A DNA stretch of 64,000 nucleotides from positions 2,108,001 to 2,172,000 of the forward strand of contig CM059451.1 in assembly GCA_030390025.1 (NCBI GenBank), written 5' to 3'. Every line of letters starts with the position of its first letter. The first letter of the stretch is position 1. Shown piece by piece: positions 60,300 to 64,000 of this stretch. The translations under genes were made by a program, and so were the position numbers. The DNA comes from Squalus acanthias. Lineage: Eukaryota. Under the pieces are notes generated by a model. The model saw only the letters and a program-made list of their open reading frames with translations, was not told the DNA's origin and made no database searches.

Positions 60300-60790
60300 A
60301 CATAGAGTTACATCGAGTCTGCAGCACAGAAACAGGCCATTCGGCCCAACTGGTCTATGCTGGTGTTTATGCTCCACACGAGCCTCCTCCCACCCCTCTT
60401 CATCTCACCCCATCAACATATCACAGAATCACAGAATCACAGAATCCCCACAGTGCAGATAGAGGCCATTTCGGCCCATCGAGCCTGCACCGACACATAT
60501 CCCACCCTATCCCCGTAACCCCACGTATTTAATCCCCCCTAACACTAAGGGTCGATTTATCATAGCCAAATCAACCTAACCCGCACATCTTTGGACTCTG
60601 GGAGGAAACCGGAGCACCCGGAGGAAACCCACGCAGACACGGGGAGAATGTGCAAACTCCACACAGACAGTCACCCGATATCCTTCTATTCCTTTCTCCC
60701 TCATGTGTTTATCTAGCTTTCCCTTAAATGTATCTATGCTATTCGCCTCAACCACTCCCCGTGGTAGCGAGTTCCTCATTCTAACCATTA
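60300..60790 (-). mobile_element. CR1 type B tail split by a V-SINE
   Basis: Rejoins at the duplicated atatc. Confidence 0.82.
60423..60677 (-). mobile_element. 5'-truncated V-SINE (HE1-like)
   Basis: TSD ATATC; (gattctgt)n tail; V core. Confidence 0.9.
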
Positions 60791-61149
60791 TTAAATCTCT
60801 GCTTAACTTTCTCTGGTCTAATGACTGCACAGTCACTGCACAGAAGAGGAATTTTCTCTGTGTTAAGGGCCATCCTGTACTCTGCTGAATAAGAATAAAA
60901 GCTGAACTGCTAACACAGAACAATTCGATTTCCCCATAGTTTCAGGCAGGAGTAAGCAGCGTGACAGCATAATCTCATGACAAAAAGGCTGTTAGCAAGC
61001 CCTCGGCAACAGCCGAAAACTATTCTCGAGTAAGTGGAAAACATTAATTGCGTTTCATGCACTTTAGAAAAAGTGATAAAAATTCATGAGCTTCGAAACC
61101 TAGAGCACTGGTTTCGAAACTTTTCTGTGTGTGGATGGGGGAGGATTTG

Positions 61150-62491
61150 GTAAATACTGACACACTCCCGGGGACCCCCTGTAAATACTGACACACTCCC
61201 GGGGACCCACTGTAAATACTGACACACTCCCGGGGACCCCCTGTAAATACTGACACACTCCCGGGGACCTCCTGTAAATACTGACACACTCCTGGAGACC
61301 CCCTGTAAATACTGACACACTCCTGGGGACCCACTGTAAATACTGACACACTCCTGGGGACCCACTGTAAATACTGACACACTCCCGGGGACCCCCTGTA
61401 AATACTGACACACTCCCGGGGACCCGCTGTAAATACTGACACACTCCTGGGGACCCCCTGTAAATACTGACACACTCCCGGAGACCCCCTGTAAATACTG
61501 ACACACTCCCGGGGACTCCCTGTAAATACTGACACACTCCCGGGGACCCCCTGTAAATACTGACACACTCCTGGGGACCCCCTGTAAATACTGACATACT
61601 CCTGGAGACCCCCTGTAAATACTGACACACTCCTGGAGACCCCCTGTAAATACTGACACACTCCTGGGGACCCACTGTAAATACTGACACACTCCTGGGA
61701 ACCCACTGTAAATACTGACACACTCCCGGAGACCCCCTGTAAATACTGACACACTCCTCGGGACCCCCTGTAAATACTGACACACTCCCGGGGACCCCCT
61801 GTAAATACTGACACACTCCCGGGGACCCCTGTAAATACTAACACACTCCCGGGGACCCACTCTAAATACTGACACACTCCCGGGGACCCCTGTAAATACT
61901 GACACACTCCTGGAGACCCCCTGTAAATACTGGCACACTCCCGGGGATCCCCTGTAAATACTGACACACTCCCGGGAACCCCCTGTAAATACTGACACAC
62001 GACCGGGGACACCCTGTAAATACTGGCACACTCCCGGGGACACCCTGTAAATACTGACACACTCCTGGAGACCTCCTGTAAATACTGTCACACTCCCCGG
62101 GGACCCCCTGTAAATACTGACACACTCCCGGGGACCCCCTGTAAATACTGGCACACTCCCGGGGACACCCTGTAAATACTGACACACTCCTGGAGACCTC
62201 CTGTAAATACTGTCACACTCCCCGGGGACCCCCTGTAAATACTGTCACACTCCCGGGGACCCCCTGTAAATACTGACACACTCCTGGAGACCCCCTGTAA
62301 ATACTGTCACACTCCCGGAGACATCCTGTAAATACTGACACACTCCTGGAGACCCCCTGTAAATACTGGCACACTCCTGGAGACCCCCTGTAAATACTGA
62401 CACACTCCTCCGGACCCCCTGTAAATACTGACACACTCCCGGGGACCCCCTGTAAATACTGACACACTCCCCGGGACCCCCTGTAAATACT
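61150..62491. repeat. 31-bp minisatellite, about 43 units
   Basis: Unit tgtaaatactgacacactcc(c/t)gg(g/a)gaccccc; period 31 measured at 61151, 61182, 61213. Confidence 0.97.
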
Positions 62492-62825
62492 CCCAGGGAT
62501 CCCTCCTAACCTCTCAAGGACCTGTGGGAAACAGTGCTATCGTGTATGCACAATAACAGAAATACATGCCGGTGATTCAGCAAATGTGGAAGCAAAATCA
62601 GAGAAACTCTAACCTTTGGGCCCAAGGATCGAGTGAAGGATCCAGTTGGGTCCAGGGACACCAGTTTGAAACCGAGTGACTGAGACAATGGAGGAATGCT
62701 CTGTGTATTAACCAAAAGCAGGGGTTTTCAATTAAATATGGGGGTGAAATTCATAACGGGTGGCAGCGCAGAACAGGTGATAGCGAATCGGCAGCCTGTT
62801 TTACACGGTGCAAATGTGGCGGCCA

Positions 62826-63478
62826 ATTTTTTTTTTATTCGTTCATGGGATGTGGGCGTCGCTGGCAAGGCCAGCATTTATTGCCCATCCCTAATTGCCC
62901 TCGAGAAGGTGGTGGTAAGCCACCTTCCTGAACCGCTGCAGTCCGTGTGGTGAGGGTACTCCCACCGTGCTGTTAGGGAGGGAGTTCCAGGATTTTGACC
63001 CAGTGACGATGAAGGATCAGCGATATACTTCCAAGTCAGGATGGTGTGTGACTTGGAGGGGAACTTGGAGGTGGTGGTGTTCCCATGCGCCTGCTGCCCT
63101 TGTCCTTCTAGGTGGAAGAGGTCGCGGGTTTGGGAGGTGCTGCCGAAGAAGCCTTGGCGAGTTGCTGCAGTACATCTTGTAGATGGTACACACTGCAGCC
63201 ACGGTACGCCGGTGGTGGAGGGAGTGAATGTTTAAGGTGGTGGATGGGATGCCAATCAAGCAGGCTGCTTTGTCCTGGATGGTGTCGAGCTTCTTGAGTG
63301 TTGTTGGAGCTGCACTCATCCAGGCAAGTGGAGAGTATTCCATCACACTCCTGACTTGTGCCTTGTAGATGGTGGAAAGGCTTTGGGGAGTCGGGAGGTG
63401 AGACACTCGCCGCAGAATACCCAGCCTCTGACCTGCTCTTGTTGCCACAGTATTTATGTGGCTGGTTCAGTTAAGTTT
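62826..63478 (-). mobile_element. Non-LTR retrotransposon 3' end (CR1/L2 group, distinct family, poly-A tail)
   Basis: RAGQRLGILRRVSHL...IYKAQVRSVMEYSPLAW...LDTIQDKA; ends cccatgaacgaataaaaaaaa. Confidence 0.82.
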
Positions 63479-63809
63479 CAGCACACAGCAAGATCCCAGA
63501 AACAGTAAAGAGGCAAATATGGTTGTAAAGCGATGAGCCAAGTTAAAACCCAGCTCCTGCTAAGGAAAAAGATTATCTTTCCTCAAGGCAATCTTTTACA
63601 CCTATTTGGAAAGGGCCATGAAGGTGTAAGCACTGGCCTTGTTATATATTACGCTGTGCGCTACATGGTATAACACTCCTGTAATTATAAAATGACATTC
63701 TCAACAATTTACCATGAGAATCATCATTGGTAAATTGGAATCAAAGGATATATGTGTATGGCGGAAAAGTGCAGTTGAGGTTAAAGATCAGCAATGATCT
63801 TATTGAATG

Positions 63810-64000
63810 AAAAACAGAAAGTGCTGGAAACACTCAGCAGGTCAGGCAGCATCTGTGGAGCGAGAAACAGAGTCAACGTTTCAGGTTGATGACCTTTCGT
63901 CAGATCTTGAGTATCTCGAGTCATCTCCTGTTTCTTAACTTGTCCCATTACCATCTCCTTTTGCCTCGCACCATCATCCCTTTTGTCTCTTAATCTCTCC
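63810..64000. mobile_element. Penelope-like termini in inverted arrangement, with hammerhead motif at 63871-63907 (minus)
   Basis: 63810-63905 matches 11035-11127; 63930-64000 is the reverse complement of 11235-11305. Confidence 0.8.

Noticed and set aside
61044-62467. Long ORFs (up to 367 aa) of CQYLQGVPGSVSVFTGGPRECVSIY repeats; CRISPR-like appearance
   Set aside because: By-product of a 31-bp tandem repeat read in all three frames; no unique spacers and no cas genes.

Overview
Vertebrate genomic DNA, almost certainly a shark or other cartilaginous fish, inferred from the repeat set: CR1 LINEs with shark-type tails, Deu-domain SacSINE1-like SINEs, HE1-like V-SINEs and Penelope elements. 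The only host gene I can support is the 3' part of ANKRD33 (PANKY) on +: a 141-bp exon at 4466-4606 that the ORF track misses, and the terminal exon at 12817-13631. The rest is mostly nested transposon debris: CR1 (one near full length), L2, RTE, Penelope with minimal hammerhead ribozyme motifs, hAT MITEs and many non-autonomous PIF/Harbinger elements with decayed transposase relics. There is also a short SNRPB-like retrocopy, a 31-bp minisatellite and a unique block near 51.2-52.3 kb that may be the promoter or first exon of the next gene (ACVRL1 by mammalian synteny; inference). The most unusual signals are the Harbinger family-specific subterminal motifs, convergent splice donors and extended target-site preference, a CR1 with a doubled and A-to-G-skewed 3' UTR, and a 5'-only RTE insertion. 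Repeat boundaries were read by eye and are approximate unless a TSD is given. I found no clearly new protein-coding system.
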